NCBI GenBank assembly: GCA_964016885.1
Contig: OZ024743.1
Span: forward strand, 185,256,001-185,320,000
Length of the DNA stretch: 64,000 bases
Direction: 5' to 3'
Origin: Eledone cirrhosa
Lineage: Eukaryota
The position numbers were made by a program, and so were the translations under genes. The notes beneath the pieces were generated by a model. The model was not told the DNA's origin and did no database searches. It was given only the letters and a program-made list of their open reading frames with translations. Positions 13,981 to 28,102 of the stretch are shown here, piece by piece. The stretch's first letter is position 1. Every line of letters starts with the position of its first letter.

Positions 13981-14970
13981 TCACTTCCCTTTTAACCAGT
14001 CTTGAAACAAAAGAAAAAAATGAAAGAAAGATATTCCTATGTATAAATTTTTATTTCGAATTATTTCCCCAGAGATTTAAAAGTGCATAAATCAAAATAA
14101 ATTTGAAGAGAGGAGATATGTTGATTATACAATGTCATATCAAAACCTGAAGAGAAATTCTATGGCAAATGAACCGTAAAAAATGAGTGGAACATTAAGG
14201 AGAGAGAGTGATGATGATGACATATGTATATGTGTGTGTATGTGTGTATGTATATATATATATATAAATAAGTAAATTTGTCAGAATATACATGACATTT
14301 CAATGAAAAGAAATTGCTAAAATAATCTCATACAGAGAAGCAAATACATATAGAACATCTTATACAAAATCACTGAGGGATAAATGACAGTAGAAGCATC
14401 TATCCCTAGGGAAAGATGCTTCTACCACCCCTCAGTGATTCAAGTATAAGATGTTCTATATATATGTGTGTGTGTGTGTGTAAATATTTATATATTTATG
14501 TCTGTTAGTACATTTCAGATTTAATTTTATACGCATTTTTTTGTGAGTTTATTTGGTTCTTTAATATTTTTGCATGTAAAACCATAAAAATACACATACC
14601 TTCTGCATGCACACACACACACGCATGCATATCATATATATATCTGTGCCAGTGTATCAGTAAGTCACCAGCAGTGTATGTATCTTTTTCTGTACATTGC
14701 AAATATATCTTTACATGAGTTTATCTGTCTTTCATTACATATGTATCTATGTCTTTAATCACATGTGCACATTAGTCTTTCACATTGTGTGTGTGCATCA
14801 GTCTTTCATTGCATAACATATACACAATTGGGTTTCAGCACATCTATATATTTCATTTTCTCCATGAGAGTTGCAAACTGCTGTGTTTTGCTAACCTAAC
14901 TCTTACTTACCTTTTTGCACACCTAGTACTAAACTGGATATATATATACATATACTCTGTGTGCGTTTTG

Positions 14971-15005
<35 letters not shown>

Positions 15006-15876
15006 TATATATATATACTTAATATTGACGGTTGTGAGGATGAGTACTCAATACCATAGTAGAGATTAATATATTCTTTATTAAGGTGAAATTTTACTCT
15101 TATTACTCTAGTGTTTCTCCTATGTAGTCACAAGGTTGTTATGCTTGGCCTTAATAAAGAATATATATATATATATATTAGCTTTTTAAAGATATATATA
15201 GCATATATACATACATAAAGCACACACAGAAATATTTTATTTCTCTTAATATCAATAGATACAGAGTATTACAGTTCTAGGGTGGAATTTATTTTCTTTG
15301 TTCTAATATTTACATTAATTTCTGAATTCAAAATTAAATGTTTTATATTACACGATTAGTAATAATCTATGGTGTGGAGTTATACATTGGTTTTGAGTCT
15401 AATCTAATGCATATCTCCACATCATAGATTATCACTTAACTTGAGAACAATTAACACACAGACATACACCCAGATGTCAGAATGATTACCATGGGAACAA
15501 TTCTGAGTAAGCAATATTCAAAACAAATTCGAACAATTTAGAGTTACTATTCTTGTCTTTCTGTTGTTTAAAACATTCTAGATACATAAAATGGTGCTCA
15601 ATACTGTTGTACTTGGAACCTACACGCTTGTAGAATTGCTTGTCTTCAGTCAGTCCCAATATATGATTGAGTAGCATCAATTTTCTTCAGCAAAAACTTA
15701 ATGAACAACATTTCAAGCATTTGATAATGTAATGCTTTTCTTATTTTTAATGTAAAAAAAAAGACAGAAATAATGAATTCAATTAAATGAAATTGTTTTT
15801 AATAAATTTTAGATATATTTAATAAGATTTAATATGATTTATCAATTGAACAATTTTTGTTTAAATATTTAATTAA

Positions 15877-16107
15877 CCCTTTCGTTACTATATTTTTAAC
15901 AAAATACTTTGTATTCTAATTCATTAATAAAGAATTTGGTAAGTATTTACTAAAATTATAATTTCATTAAAAGGGTATTTGTAACATAACAAAATGTTTT
16001 TATATAAAATCATGTTGAAAGTTTAAATTTATGTAAGAACCATTTAAAATGGGTTGTTTTATTTCATAGAAGTAGAGGCAGGTTTAGGTGGATTGGTATC
16101 AAAAGGG
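15877..16107. mobile_element. piggyBac-derived MITE related to the 38295-41606 element
   Basis: TTAA-CCCTTTCGTTAC...GGTATCAAAAGGG; related copy at ~58628-58856. Confidence 0.6.
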
Positions 16108-16379
16108 TTGTTAAATAAATCAACATTTAAATAAACTATGACTGAAGCAATATAATTTAGAATAAGATAAAATACTTATTACAGCCATTCATAATAATGA
16201 AACAATGTCTATATTAATAGTAACAACAGTAATAACAATCTTTTAAATACTAGAAAATGTTGGACTAAAATTGATTTTTATTCATTACATATCACCAACT
16301 ACTGTCATCAAAATTGTATTCACTGACTCTTGACAAAATTCAAGTAGGCTTTTGTTTAAACAAAAACACGAAATATGCT

Positions 16380-16555
16380 TAAAGCATGGCCTGGACGGTG
16401 CAGGCTTCTCTTCCTAGCTTGAGCGAATGGGGCTGGACTGAGAGAACAACAAAAGGTCAGATGGCATGACATTCTCCCTATTCCATGGGTATAGGCCCCT
16501 CATCTGGGATGCCACATATTGCGACACCTACTCTAGTCGCAACCTGGTGTGTTCG
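16380..16555 (+). mobile_element. CRE-type endonuclease fragment
   Basis: Encodes NKRSDGMTFSLFHGYRPLIWDATYCDTY (KRPDG...WDxT restriction-like endonuclease motif). Confidence 0.65.
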
Positions 16556-17714
16556 CCTTCTGATGTTGGTAAAATAAAGTACCAACATCAGAAGGATGAA
16601 AGGCAAAGTTGATCTTGGCAGGATTTGAAACCAGAATGTAAAGGGTCAGAACAAATTATTGTACTGCACTTATGACTGAGACAATCCACCACTTTCATCA
16701 ATTTATTAATGATAACCAATATTCCCAAGAAATGAAAGTTGTGCAATTTGCTTTATTCATTTCTGTATAACTCTTATACAACTGATGCAGTAGTCATTCT
16801 TTTGAATATTTTCCAAATAATTTCAACTCACTGATGATGCAACAAAATAACAGCATAATATATGATCCAATGGATGTGATGTTAATGAGCATTAACACCG
16901 AAGCATGGATGAGCTCACTGTTGTGTACTGCGCTGGTATTGTCATGGAATGCACATGGAGGATAATCATTAGGTAAAGAAGTACCAGGAGTTCCTAGTGG
17001 AAGGAAACTACTGTTGAGTGAGACCAAGGAAAACCTGGGCGAAAGTTGTGAGAGCTGATCTCAAAATGCTGAGGTGCTCTAGGGAAGTGACAAAAGAATG
17101 TAATATGTGGAAGGAATCTGTGCTGGAAAAGACCCGTCCAACCCATGTAGGAATGGAAAACCAGACATAAAAAAGATGAAGACGATGGCAGTGATGACAA
17201 AGCCAACAGTATTTGCAGTAAGATATGAATAGAAATTGTTTAACAATAATTTCAAGTTGTTTAGATCCAATTCATCTTTAACCCAACAAACCTATGATCC
17301 AAGGCATTCCAGATGTGACCATCGGATTTTTGTCCTAGACACAAAGAACACAAAATCACATTAGTGAATGAGTCCCTTTTCTATAAGATAGTAAGTAGGA
17401 TGTAATTTGAAGATCACTTAGTTACTATTTCTAGAAACTGAAGTGACCACATAGAGGCTCCTTCCTTGGTTTGTAATTCCAAGAGATAATAAAAGACCAG
17501 TTAATAACAAGCTTTCACTCAACAGTTTTAACATTTTTTTTTACCTTACAGGCCAACACTAAAGTTAATTTCTTTGAAAATATTAAAGGATGTTGTTGCC
17601 AAGAACACAGGAACGAGGCTCAAGAAAATTAAAAAACCCAATATTCAGCAACAGATCAGTAATATCCTCTAGCTTGTGTGTGGCTGTAGAAGATCTAGTT
17701 TTATGGCAGGAAGC

Positions 17715-17812
17715 AGCTAAGAGATAAATCTCCTTGTGGAAAGGATGTCATATAATCAAGTAGCTTAGAGATAAATCTCCATGTGGATAGGATGCCGTAT
17801 AATTAAGTAGCT
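17715..17812. repeat. 47-bp tandem duplication
   Basis: AGCT(A/T)AGAGATAAATCTCC..GTGGA.AGGATG..TATAAT.AAGT twice. Confidence 0.85.
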
Positions 17813-18755
17813 GTATTGGTAAGTAAGTGAATTGAGGCTCTGTTGAAAACCATGTAAACTCATGACCCATGAGCAGATAGTTCAATACTTACCTTATCCA
17901 CTTGGTTCTCTTGCCTCTATGATGCTTCAGTGCTAATAGTAATGAAACAATTAATGACCTCTAATAATACTGAAATAATCAGTAACTGTTAATAGTCATA
18001 AAATAATGATCATATACTCAAATATAAGCTGGCCCCCATTTTATGTCAGAGAAATGGGCAAAAATCCAAACTCCGTTTATAAGCCGAAGGGCATCAACCT
18101 GTAGGAAGCTTGTCAAATAAAGGGTTGAAAAGACTCTTCAGCTATGTCAAAAACACGTCAACATTTCTAGTGCTGGTGCCATGATAAAAGGTATCGTGTA
18201 CTCTGTAGAGTGCAGACATATGTAAGCAAGATATGGCCTCCAGTCCAATTGAGAGGTCTGTGACTCCAATGAAGTACTGACTTGATCTATGACGACCCAT
18301 TTAAACCTTGCTAGCAAGGAAAGCAGACATTAAATGATGATGATGAATACAAAAAGTATGCTAACAGAGAGAACAGATGTTAAATTATGATGATGATAAA
18401 ACTTTCTGTTTATGTAGTTTCTTTTTTCCTTCTTTCCCCTTCCAAATTCCTTTCCATCTCGGTGAGACAACCTCTAAATGGAAACATCACAATAACATAC
18501 TATGGAACCTCTTTTTATGGAAGGGAAGAGAGAGCTAACACAGTGCCCTGTTTAGCACCACCACCTCATTCTTGGATGCCTTTAGCAGAATTTACTCCAC
18601 TGCAGGTAATCGGACCTGATCCCCAGGTTTTCCCTTTCCTATGCAAACATTGGTCTGTAGATGTTCAATCTGTGTGTCAGCCACATCAATCTCAACAAGT
18701 TTCAACAGAAGTGAAATACTGTGTATATAGGCTACTTCGTGTTTATTATTAAACA

Positions 18756-18947
18756 GGGCGGGGGATTGGCAGTATCGGTAGAGGGTCGGACGTCATGGTT
18801 TGACGCATAGAGTTACGGCCCTTTCCATTCTAAGTTCAAATCCCGCCGAGGTCAACTTTACCTTTCATCCTTACGGGGTCGATAAAATAAAGTACCAGTA
18901 ATGTACTGGGTAATTGCTGGCCTTGTGCCAAAAGTAGAAACAATTAT
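18756..18947 (+). mobile_element. tRNA-derived SINE family A, full length
   Basis: A-box-like TGGCAGTATCGG, B-box AGTTCAAATCCC, Nin/Deu-like core, (ATT) tail. Confidence 0.8.
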
Positions 18948-19624
18948 TAAATTAATAAAAATATCAATCACTAGTTAAAAATATATATTAATGACAAATG
19001 CACTAGGCTTAATTATCATATGATTTTGCTCTGTACTGTGTTAAATTGGAGAATTTGATAAAAATAGACTACTTTCTGGAGCAAGTGAAAAAAAAAGATT
19101 TGACTAGAATTTAGTTATTAATTTGTTTATTGATTTTGTAAAAACAAAAACCAAATCATCTTTTGTACAAATTTGTTCAAAACAAAAAAGAAGTGAAATA
19201 CAAATAACATTGGCAGTCATTTTTCATTTTTCAGTCTAGAGTGGACAACATTCAAGAAATTTTCAATGTAGTTTGATTTCATGAAAAAAAATGAGTATAA
19301 TTTTAGAAATATATCCTTTGAGAATTATGCTAATCCATAATGATTATGTTAGATGATAATCAATTTTGTCTTAGTTACTGTTGAAAGCAATTGACATAAA
19401 ATAGACTGGCTTGCGCTATTAATTCTGAATCCGATGCAAAGATAAGCTCATTGGTTGCTTTTAATGAATATACTGTTACAGAACAATATGATTTTTATTA
19501 AGACAAAGTACTGATAATAATTGATAAAACACATTTAATAATATTATGTAAGTCAAGTTTTAGAATATTAACATGTGACTAGAATCTACAGTGAATACTC
19601 AATGGTATTATTTATCATTTTAAT

Positions 19625-20008
19625 CATCATTTCATTTCATTTTACGTCCGCTTTTTCCTGCTTGCAAGGGTGGGACAGGAACTGATTCTGGCTTGATTTC
19701 TACGGCTGGATGCCCTTCCTAACACCAACCTCATTTACAGTGAGTGCTGAGTGCTTTTTTTCGTGGCGCCTACATGTCCACTTTACAGTCTGGGCTGGGT
19801 GCTTTTTTGCCGTGGCACCTCCACAACCCATTTGCAGTGGAATGATAGGGATCCCAGTCCCTATTATCTCATTTCTACAGCTGAGTAAACTGGAGCAATG
19901 TGAAATAAAGTGTCTTGTTCAAGGAAACAACACATCACCCGGTCTGAGAATTGAACTCACAGCCTTTTGATTGCAAGGCTAATGCTCTAACCACTAAGCC
20001 ATGTGCCT
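19625..20008 (-). mobile_element. tRNA-derived SINE family B with RTE-type 3' tail
   Basis: Reverse-complement match to 28101-28441; TGGCTTAGTGG A box, GTTCAATTC B box. Confidence 0.8.
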
Positions 20009-22061
20009 CCTTAATATAGATAAAATATATTTAAGTATTCTGTTATGTTGATGACTTTGGTTTCGAATTGTGTCTAACTGTAAAATGTAAATTATTATCT
20101 TTCAAAAAGTTACAAGCTGTCACTTTCTGTGTCTCTAATTTATTGCAAGGGATGATTTTAGAAATTTAAGAGAATCTGCTACACATATATCATCAGAAAT
20201 GTATTTGATAAATATATTTTGTTCTTTTTTTTATCTCATACATTGGAAAATATCTGAGTAATGCAAATTGAAATTTAAATAAAATCCTGTGTAAGTTGCT
20301 TTAGAACACATATTTATGCTGGTATTGTCATGTGATGTGTCAGGAGAGTGAGAGTTGTATAAAAAAAATGCTGATCATTTGAGATGGTTGGAACCTGTGT
20401 AAGAGGGATATCAAGGAACACATAGGATGAAGTTGTGAAGACCAACTTCAAGAAACTGAACATCAAGCTGAATGGTGATATGCCATTATACAAAAGACAC
20501 ATCCACCAGTACAAGAACTGCAACACTAAAAGTAATCATGGTGACAGACAGGAGACTACAGAGTTTGACAACCGACATTGAACAGAGACAATATAGGATT
20601 GGAAAGGACTCTAGTACAAAATACACCCAGTACATCTTGTGTTGGTACCACAATAAAATGCAGCCTGACCATTTTGTAAAGTGGTAGCGCTGGTGTCACA
20701 AAAATCATACATGTGCTTATGTCATAAAAAACGCATCCAATACATCCTGTCCTGTAAGGTGGTTGACAACCAGTTATAGTAACCATGCCAAATATGAAAC
20801 GTAATGCACAAGATTGGTCACTCTAACCCATCTCATCTCAGATTGTGAAAGCCCTTGTGTAGCCCATGTAAGTGTGGAAAAGAGACACAAAGTGATGATG
20901 ATGATAATGACAAACCTCTGTAATTACTTCACAGAGAAACGGTTTCTTTTTCTGATAGAAAATATAGATGGGTTAATTTGGGAAAAATGCCCATAAGTAT
21001 ATACAAGAATGAAAGTAAACTTCAGATATCTAAAGTAAGAGTTACACTTTAATGTTGAAGAATTTGATGAATTTAAAATGACAGATGACAGTGGAAACTT
21101 TCAACAATTGTGTTTTCATATCTCTATAAAAGGGATGTATATAAAAGAACATACAATATGTTTATGAATAATATACATATGAGAGTCTTGCTATTTTAAA
21201 CTGTGATCATGTCACAGCTATTTTAATAGCCAGTGAGAATGCCAGACATGTTTCCGGAGTTTTATCCTTTTTTAAAGACGTTTTCTCACTCTATATATTG
21301 GCACAAGAATAAACTAAAGCCTATATAGTTTTTGCATAGGAAACACTGGCTGGGGATGCTCATTTGCATATAGTACAAATAAAACATCAGCTGGAAATGT
21401 TCATTTGCATATAGAGTGAACTTGACTGACTCGATACTGTAAAAACTAAAAATACTACAAAAACTAAACTGATGGTGGTGGTGATGATAGTGGTTGTGAT
21501 AATGATGGTGATGATGACGATAACAACGATGACAAAGATGGTGTTGTTGGTGGTGGAAATGATGATGATGATGATGACTAATCATGGCAGCATTGCTATC
21601 AATAATGATCATTGATTGGCATGTTGTCTTATTTATCAAAATAACATCATGTTCATTTTCAAGTGTTATATTTTAATGGCATGGCCTGTCACATACAGTG
21701 GAGGAGTTGATATCATGTATTTATGAACTGCAATATATAACTTCCATAAATGTCTCCCAGATCAGTTTGTCTCCATCAAAAAATGTTCTCTCCACATACA
21801 AACACAGTTGCCACAGGATCAGAGTTTGATTAAAACCAATTGACACCCTAACCATAGTCTAATAATGATGTTCCCCTCAGCATTAAGATATGAATGCTAA
21901 ATGATAAAAATATATTAAATAAGACCTGTTTTAATTCGATGTATTTAATAGCAAAGGAAATTATTAACTTGTTGCTTGAACAGAAAAAAATTGCAAATTA
22001 CACATTTTCGCTGATTTATGAACAAAAATTCTATAATTTACCATTTGCACCATGGTAAGTC

Positions 22062-22347
22062 GAGGGCTGGATTAACTGTTAAGAAAAATAAGCTCACGGT
22101 TAGGGCACCAAGGGAAGAGATGCACCAGTTTATTCAAAATAAATGTATGTCATTTCCTCCTCACCCCACCTCTCCCTCATGTTTTTTGCAAATTTTATAT
22201 ATGATGAGGAGGAGCACCATAATCTTTTAGAGCCTCCAAAGGATTTAATCTGGTTTCTGGGTAAATTTGACAAAATCTCTCAAGTGTCTCCTTTCTTTTG
22301 GTGCTCTAAGTATGAGCTTATATTGTTGAATGGTTAATCCAAGCCTG
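22062..22347. mobile_element. Short hAT-type MITE
   Basis: Imperfect TIRs AGGGCTGGATTAAC / GTTAATCCAAGCCTG. Confidence 0.45.
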
Positions 22348-22356
22348 CACAGAATG

Positions 22357-23669
22357 CATCATCATCATCATCATCATCGTTTAACGTCCATGTTCCACGC
22401 TTGCATGGGTTTGGACGGGGGTAGTCCCACTTGAGGCAAGAGTGGTTGTCTTGCTCGCATAGGACTGTCTGGCTTGATTTCTACAGCTGGATGCCCTTCC
22501 TAACACCAACCACATTTACAGTGTGGGGCTGGGAGGTTTTTACCGTGTTGCCTACACGGCCACATTACAGCATGGAGTGTGTTTTTTTGTCGTGACACCT
22601 ACACGATCTCATTTGTTTCGGCCTGGATGTTGTGGCACCAACATAACTTTACATTGAAAGGGGCGGTGTGGATGGGATGGGGGTGGTGGGACGGGGGTGT
22701 ATTTTGTTAGAGATGCCTACTGACTGTAGTAGGTTTTACTTTGTATTTAGGTAAGGCGGGTCTTCTCTATTACTGAGTACTGCCAAAGGTCTCGGTCCAG
22801 TGACATTGTCTTGGTGAGGTGTAAGTGTGTGAGGTCGGAGTTTATCAGCTCGTCCCAGGTTTTTCTGGGTCTGCCTACTCCGTGGTTACCATCTATCTTT
22901 ATTGCCCTGCACTTTGTTATACAGCTGTCGTCTTTCATGCGCATCACGTGACCATACCAACGTAGCCTTCTCTCGAGTAAACAACATCTGATCCCTCTTA
23001 TTTCTAATTTTTTCCTTAGTTCGTTTATGCTTTGCCGTTCACGTATATTACTATTACACATCCAGCGGAGCATGCAAGCTTCGTTCCTCTCTAGTCTGCG
23101 TATATCCTCTGCACACAATGCCCAGGTCTCACTGCCATGCAACATTGCTGTTCGTATGCAGGCATCATACAACCTGCCTTTCATTTTTAGCGGCTAATAG
23201 TGGTATAAGCTCTCTGAACTTTTTCGATCCAGTTCTGACTCTAGCTACTGTACTTTCAGAGCACCCTCCCCCACTGCTGATTTTGTCACCCAGGTAACGG
23301 AAGCTGTCCACTATTTCTATAGAACCCTCTGCGCAATTGAAAGAGCTAGTATTCTGTGGGCACTTGCTGCTACTTATTGCACCAGAGCACCAGCCACATG
23401 TAAAATCTGTGTTCTTAGTTAGCTTACCTGTGATCCCACTACATCTTTTATGCACCCATACTTTGCATTTGGGACATAAAATGGAGTTTCTACCTACGCC
23501 TTTCCTACACACTGAGCATGGCCATTTCCCGGAAGGGACCGGCGCCTTATTTTCTTTCCTACAAACTAGAACTTTAGTCTTAGCCAGGTTAATTTTAAGG
23601 CCTTTTGATTCTAGGCCGTGCTTCCATGTTTGGAATTTCTTCTCTAGCTCGGCCATTGATTCAGCTATG
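22357..23669 (-). mobile_element. 5'-truncated young RTE-clade LINE
   Basis: GLKINLAKTKVL, PHD-like insert, VDSFRYLG, RRLRWYGHVMRM, GRPRKTW; 3'UTR ending GTTAAAC(GAT)n; near-identical to 50661-52214. Confidence 0.92.
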
Positions 23670-23899
23670 TCTACATATGTCTACATATATATATATATAC
23701 TTATCTTTGGGCCATCATGGAACTCTCATGGTCTCAGTCCAGGTTTTTATACAATCTATCAAAGATCAACATACAGCAACAGAAACGGTAGTTGTACTTT
23801 GTAATGCACAGTTATTTATATTTTACCATTAAAAAGAATACTTAAATTTAACCTAATGTATTGGGTAATGACCAAAAGAATACAATTACAAATACAAAC

Positions 23900-24260
23900 A
23901 GCCAAAAGGGGTTCCTCTCAAGGGTCTTTGGAGTAATGTTATTCAATAGAGTACATAGCTCGAAGCTGCTACTTTTCTGAATTGAGGGATCACATCTCCG
24001 ATACTATGGGCTTGTGGTTAGAATGTCTCAGAAAAGTATCGCTGGACAGATTTTACAGCAAAAACCAACCAACAGGGGTAGACCCCAAGCAAGATGGTTG
24101 GATAATATCCATGAGTTTGGCTGGTCTCACTTGGGATTCCAGCCAAATCAATTGGAGACAGTTGCTTCTGACAGGTCTCGCTGGAAGGTGTGCTTGTAGA
24201 CTCTGCTGCATGACCCTCCCAAGAATATGTGGGCAAAGAAGAAGACATCTCTAGCTGTAC
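23900..24260 (+). mobile_element. RTE-like LINE 3' fragment
   Basis: (R)YYGLVVRMSQ..RGRPQARWLDNI..ASDRSRWK. Confidence 0.7.
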
Positions 24261-26179
24261 ACCCAAATGAAGTATTAATCTACATTGAACTATTGCCAAA
24301 CTAGTGACATATACTGAATAAGATTACATGGAATTAGTAATTCACTGCATTTAATGTACTTTATTTGCAGTGAAAATTTGGTTAAGATTGCTAAATACTC
24401 ATAATTGTCAACATGTATGGATTATTTATTACAAATCCAGCTTTTATATAGATAGACATAAAACAATTCTAATGTTACTATCATATAAGTATTTATCAGA
24501 TGGGCTTCATATTGATTTTGTATTATTTTTTTTGTTTGTGTATAAAAGTGGTTTAAATCCTCTTAAGCTTGGAGTTTGTTGTTGTTTTTTATGATTATTA
24601 TTACCATTATTATTGAACCCATTAAGCAATTTTCTTTGAAATAAAAAGCAAATAAAATATATCTGAGTGAAGGCAAATTCATAATCATTTAGAGTATCTA
24701 AAAGTGAGTGCTTTACATCTATTTTTCTATCAAAGTCTGTGGTGGTTGATTTTACAAATCTATATAGTTATATAATTTTTTTTTTTGTATTTTTTGTCAG
24801 GTAGATTAACAAATAAGAATACAGGACATTGATTCAATACATAAAACAGGGACTGGTAGAGTTTAAAATAATGAGTTTTGGTTCTGAAGCCCAGCAACAT
24901 TTGGGACAATATCCTACTATGTATTTATATGTGTCAGTCAATGTGGGCATGCATCAATGGCCCCAGTACATGACATACACTGAAACTCTAACATCACCAA
25001 AAGGAAATAAGTCTTTGCAAGGAAATGAAGGAAAAAGATAATGAAAACCACAAATAAAAAAGAAAAAAAACTCTGGCACATCTGTGTCCCTGCCCACATT
25101 TTTAGAACTCACCCCTGCCCTCCTACTCATCTCCCTGTCAAATCCCACCACACTTGCTATACATCCATAGCATCATATTTATCTTTCTCTTCCTCTTCCT
25201 CCCCACCTCTGCAGAGCAGAGAGGGTCCTTCAACTGAGACTATAACTGACAACCTCTATGCTGATGCCATGAAAATACACCCTGCTAGGTGGTTAGTGAA
25301 CAAAGAGCATCTTGCTGTAGAAACCACATAAAAAAAGGTTGAGAGGACATTCAGTTGTGCTAACTGTGCCGCAACCACTCTAATGTTGGTAATCTATAGG
25401 ATAAATGCACCAAGTACATGCTGCAAAGTGTTTGGTGATAGGAAAGGCATCCAGCCATAGAAAGCTTGCAAAACAAAGGTTGAGAGAAGTATTGACAATC
25501 TCTCTTGTGCTGGTGTCATGATAAAATGCATTTGGTTGATCATGTGACTGTATGCAAATGAGATACTGATCCCGGCTTGTCTGGGAGGTCAGTAGTCATG
25601 CTTCAGTACACACCCAGTCTGTGAAAACCGTCCAGCCTTTGCTAACAAGAAAAGCAGACATTAAATGATGTTGATGATGAAGACACATGTCCCTGACATA
25701 TGTTATATCAGTGAAACAACATGCAACAGGCACTTTGTAGATAATCTGTTTATTCTAATCAGAGAGAAATTGTTTCCAGTTTAATCAATGCTATCTATTT
25801 TCTGAGGAGTTGCAATGCTCAAGAAAATAAAAGGTTGGCTTTTTGCCAGCAGAAGTCATGAGTTTCTATTGCAGCATCAGTAATAAAGTAAATTGTAAAA
25901 AATGCATGCCTTTGGTAGGTCATGGAAGGTGTATGGCAAGCATGCATTGAGGCAAAGAGAGGGTGGGGAATGAGAAATAAAAGTAAAAGAAAGGGATAGT
26001 CTTCTCTTATTTTATTTTTCAGCTGAGGGTGGGTGTGTATTTATATATATGTATAGATGTGAGCATGTGTGTTTCTGTTTAAAACAAAAAAACAAAACAT
26101 CCATATGAATTGTAAACAGTAACTCTCAAACTCTGCTCAGTAGATGTCTCCCCTCCTCTTCCTCCTGTAGACGTCAAAT

Positions 26180-26500
26180 CCCACCAGAACATATGGAATA
26201 CCATCCAGTGTGACATGCCTCAGACAGGCTAGCGCGGCAGCTCGACCAGCACTGCCTCGCATGTTTTTGCTTAGCTTCGCAACCCCACAGCGGTACCTAG
26301 CTCAATGTCACATCCTCATTTTCAACTGGCATGCAGTTGGATAATGATAGCCAGTGAATTGGGGTTTCCCTGAGGCTCGGCCTCCAGATTTGTGAGCCAC
26401 CCAAATGTTGCTGCAGATCCACCATAGACTCTTTCAGCCTTCACCCGCTACAGTGCTGGCCGCCTTCCACACCATGCTGCTCTCAACGAGGTCAGAGAGC
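26180..26500 (+). mobile_element. CRE-type fragment
   Basis: LDNDS*IGVSLRLGLQICEPPKCCC..SLHPL..SAGRLPHHAALNEV, homologous to the 192-575 ORF. Confidence 0.65.
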
Positions 26501-27587
26501 ATGGTTGCGATGTTGCAGGCTTCCCCTCCCAGCTTGAGCTGGTGGGTCTTCTGTATTACAGCATAATGCCAGAGATCTCAGTCCTGTGTCATCGCCTTTG
26601 ATCTTCGTCCAGGGTATCTCCACTCCATAGCTTCCATCAACTTTGAGCACCCTGCATCTTTTTATACAGCTGTCATCCTTCATATGTATCACATGTCCAA
26701 ACCAACCTAATCTCCTCTTCTGCAAACTGCATCTGTTTCCTCTTATGCCCAGTTTCACTCTCAGTTCATTTACACTTTGCTGCTCATGTACACACACACA
26801 CACTAATGTAGTACCCATAAAAAATTAAAAGCTTTATGGTAAAAAATATTTTGATTAATAATTCCTTGATTACAACATTCTATGAAAAGATACTTCAATC
26901 TTCAATTTCCCTTTACCTCGTCCCTTTGTCTTTCTGACAATTGCTGTATTTCATTTTATATTCATTTAAACCAATTACAATAATTTTATTCCACATTTTC
27001 TTTAATCATTTCCAAACATATACCCACTAAATTACAATGACCTTCTGGGCTATCCCTCTATCTATCTATTTTCAGATTGCTATTGGGATTTGGGCTTTGC
27101 TGTTATTGTCTGAAGATAGATATATCGGCTAATATACATAAATAGATAACTATAGATTGCCTGTCAGACAGGTAGATAGATAGGAAGACAGACAAACATA
27201 GATAGCTAGATGGATGGATGGATGGCCAGATAGATGTTGCTGCATTTATTGTTTGAAGATAGATATATACATAGGTAATTAACTATTGATAGCTGCTACA
27301 AAACTGTGTGAAGGGGATAGGTATGGAGGAAGGTATCAAATTACAATTTTTCTGTCAAAGTTAGCATAAAGTTGTCACATGACCATTTGTTTTCTTATTA
27401 AAGATATATTAATAAAATAAATTATCAAAAGTAATAAAACCCTGTTTATCACATGTATGAAAATTATAATAATAAAACATTGATTATAATTTGATTTTTA
27501 AACGTTTTAACATTGTTTTTTTTTTTACCAATGTGATAAGCAGTCTTATTATTTCTTCTGATGATTTACTTTATTAATATATTATTC

Positions 27588-27748
27588 TGTAAACTATCCA
27601 AGCCTCTATATCTCTTTCACTCTCTTTATTCTTCTCTAGAAGAAAACAACTATATTCAAACTTGGAGAGGAGACGGGCTCCGCCAGGTTTATACAGTCAT
27701 GCCATATTAAACACTGTATGTCAATACGATACCCCTACATCTCCCCCC
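27588..27748 (-). mobile_element. LTR-retrotransposon remnant: polypurine tract plus ~152-bp 3' LTR
   Basis: Minus strand GGGGGGAGA-TGTAG...TATAAA...AATAAA...TTACA. Confidence 0.5.
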
Positions 27749-28017
27749 GGGAGTTATGGGAAATGAAATAATCCAAGACATTTATATTTATACATGTATA
27801 TTGACATGTGATGCATATAGATGATGATCATTGGGAGAAGTGCCAAGAAATTCGAGTAGAAGGAAGCTACAATAGTGGAAAACCAAGGAAGACCTGGGCA
27901 GAGGTTTTGAGAGCTCATCTTAAATCACTGAAGATGATGATGGACCGCAATTAATGGAAAGATGTTGTGTTGGTAAAGACCCATCCAACCCATGCAAGCA
28001 TGGAAAATCTGATGTAA

Positions 28018-28100
<83 letters not shown>

Positions 28101-28102
<2 letters not shown>

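Noticed and set aside
15486-15680. 64-aa ORF and Cys-rich alternative frame as a possible exon
   Set aside because: No recognisable homology and no consistent splice sites
21286-21639. His-rich 117-aa ORF
   Set aside because: Translation of (GAT/GGT)n microsatellite
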